From: an uncultured delta proteobacterium
Lineage (GTDB): Bacteria > Desulfobacterota > Binatia > DP-6
Assembly (NCBI GenBank): GCA_963815115.1
Contig: CAWFFN010000008.1
Span: 64,001-128,000 of the forward strand
Length of the DNA: 64,000 nucleotides
Reading direction: 5' to 3'
Position numbers and translations under genes: made by a program. Shown here piece after piece: positions 62,760-64,000 of this stretch; position 1 is the first letter of the stretch; each line of letters starts with the position of its first letter. Under the pieces are notes generated by a model. That model did not search any database. It saw only the letters and a program-made list of their open reading frames with translations, and was not told where the DNA came from.

Positions 62760-64000
62760 CTACGGGAGCGCCGGGCAGGTCGCGGGCGGCGCGGTCTTCG
62801 GCTGCGCCGTGAACTTGTCGACGTGGTCATTCGCCGCCGTCGACGAGTCGCCGCTCGCCTTCGCCGGGGCGTCGGCACACCAGGTCGCCCCGCTGCCGAG
62901 CTGCAAGCGCACGGCGATCCTGCCCTGCGACGTCTCGTTCAGCGTGTAGCCCCAGTTGGCCTTCCCCGCCTTGATCTTCACCTGATCGGCCTTCACGGTC
63001 ACGCGCGAGACCGGTCCATCCGGATCGCTGCCCGAGAAGCGATAGCCCTTGGGCGCGGACGTCTTGCCCTGCAGCTCCCAACCGCTCGCCGGGAGCGTCA
63101 CCGACACCTGCTCCCCGCTGCCGGCCGAGTCGTAGACGATCAGGACGGCTCCGCCTCCGCTCGCGCCGCCCGGCGTCGGATCACCCGAGCTGCCCGGCAC
63201 CGGCATGACGATGCGGTTGGAAGGCGCGTCCTTCTTGGTGCTCGACTTGAACGTCAGCTTGCGGGCGGAGGGCGTCGGCGGCGCCGTCCGGTCGCGCATG
63301 CCGAGGGAGGTCGTCTGCACGAGCACGAACGCCGTCGAGGGCAACGTGGTCGTGGTGGTCGTGCTGCTCGTGCCCGCGCCCGAGGTCGTCGTCGTGCTGC
63401 TGCTGCTCGTGCTCGTCGAACCGGCGTGCGTCGTGGTCGTGGTGGTCGTCGTCCCCACCGTGCACGGACCGGTCAGCGTCGGCGGGAAGCTCTGCGGGTC
63501 GGCCGGATCGGTGTGGCAGTCGACCTCGCGGCTGTCGAAGACGCCGTCGAGGTCGCGGTCGACGCCGATGCGGGTACCGGAGCCAGGCGGCACGCAGGTG
63601 AAGGTGATCTCCTGGCCCGCGGCGGTGGCCAGGTTGCGCACCTGGGTGGTCGTGAGGAGGCCCTCCGCATGCCGATCGGTCTGGAAGTTGTTGCTCCCGA
63701 CGTAGACGGCGCCCCGTGCCTCGCCCGCGATGTTGCCCTTGACGACGAGATCGCAGGCGCCGGCGTTGGCCTGCGCGACCAGGAGATTGATCCGGTTGAC
63801 GAACGCCGTGGTGTTGAAGGTGCTCGCGTCGATCGACACCTGCTGGCCGACGGCGGGCGCGAGTCCGGTGTCGAAGGCGAGCAGGAACTGCTCGAGCTGC
63901 CGCTTCTCCGTCGTGTTCAGGTTCTGGAACACCGGTGAGGAGACGAAGTCGAAGACGGTCGAGACGCTGCCGTCGTGCAGCACACCGAAGCCGCGCACCT
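62760..64000 (-). CDS. C-terminal part of a large secreted multidomain protein with Thr/Ser-rich linker
   Basis: RGFGVLHDGS, TFTCVPPGSGTRIGVDRDLDG, poly-Thr linker, beta-rich C-terminal domain; open at the window end. Confidence 0.8.
   Translation of the reverse strand, partial: VRGFGVLHDGSVSTVFDFVSSPVFQNLNTTEKRQLEQFLLAFDTGLAPAVGQQVSIDASTFNTTAFVNRINLLVAQANAGACDLVVKGNIAGEARGAVYVGSNNFQTDRHAEGLLTTTQVRNLATAAGQEITFTCVPPGSGTRIGVDRDLDGVFDSREVDCHTDPADPQSFPPTLTGPCTVGTTTTTTTTHAGSTSTSSSSTTTTSGAGTSSTTTTTTLPSTAFVLVQTTSLGMRDRTAPPTPSARKLTFKSSTKKDAPSNRIVMPVPGSSGDPTPGGASGGGAVLIVYDSAGSGEQVSVTLPASGWELQGKTSAPKGYRFSGSDPDGPVSRVTVKADQVKIKAGKANWGYTLNETSQGRIAVRLQLGSGATWCADAPAKASGDSSTAANDHVDKFTAQPKTAPPATCPALP

Noticed and set aside
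63320-63460. GTC/GTG triplet repeats as a repeat array or CRISPR
   Set aside because: They encode the poly-Thr/Ser linker; no repeat-spacer periodicity anywhere in the window.

Overview
Very GC-rich (about 70% by eye) bacterial chromosomal window. The gene repertoire (Thr-linker secreted proteins, many sigma54/ECF regulators) suggests a soil Deltaproteobacteria-like lineage such as Ca. Binatia; that assignment is inference only. Left part (1-16 kb): a PDZ/multi-TM sensor + B12-radical SAM / Lnt paralog + response regulator module, a zone of decayed genes with a DUF3800-like gene, an ECF41-type sigma factor with two matching promoters, an extended chromate-resistance operon (chrB-chrA-chrC plus three extra genes), and integration scars (a tRNA-Leu(CAG) 3' fragment and an intact tRNA-Ser(TGA)). 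Middle: a P-loop ATPase fused to a non-canonical nucleotide cyclase, a molybdopterin oxidoreductase, a STAS-ECF sigma fusion next to an FhlA-like sigma54 activator (shared -24/-12 and enhancer motifs also precede a catalase-like peroxidase/cyt b561/EmrAB operon), glycogen debranching enzyme, ClC, lipase + foldase, and a CHASE2 cyclase-SH3-M48 triad. Right: wzm/wzt, a REPIN-like palindromic element, lpxO-like, DsbA-like, serS, yraN, a Phd/VapC TA pair, an IS110 remnant and gatCAB. No CRISPR array, rRNA or intact integrase was seen. All family calls come from motif recognition by eye, not database searches.
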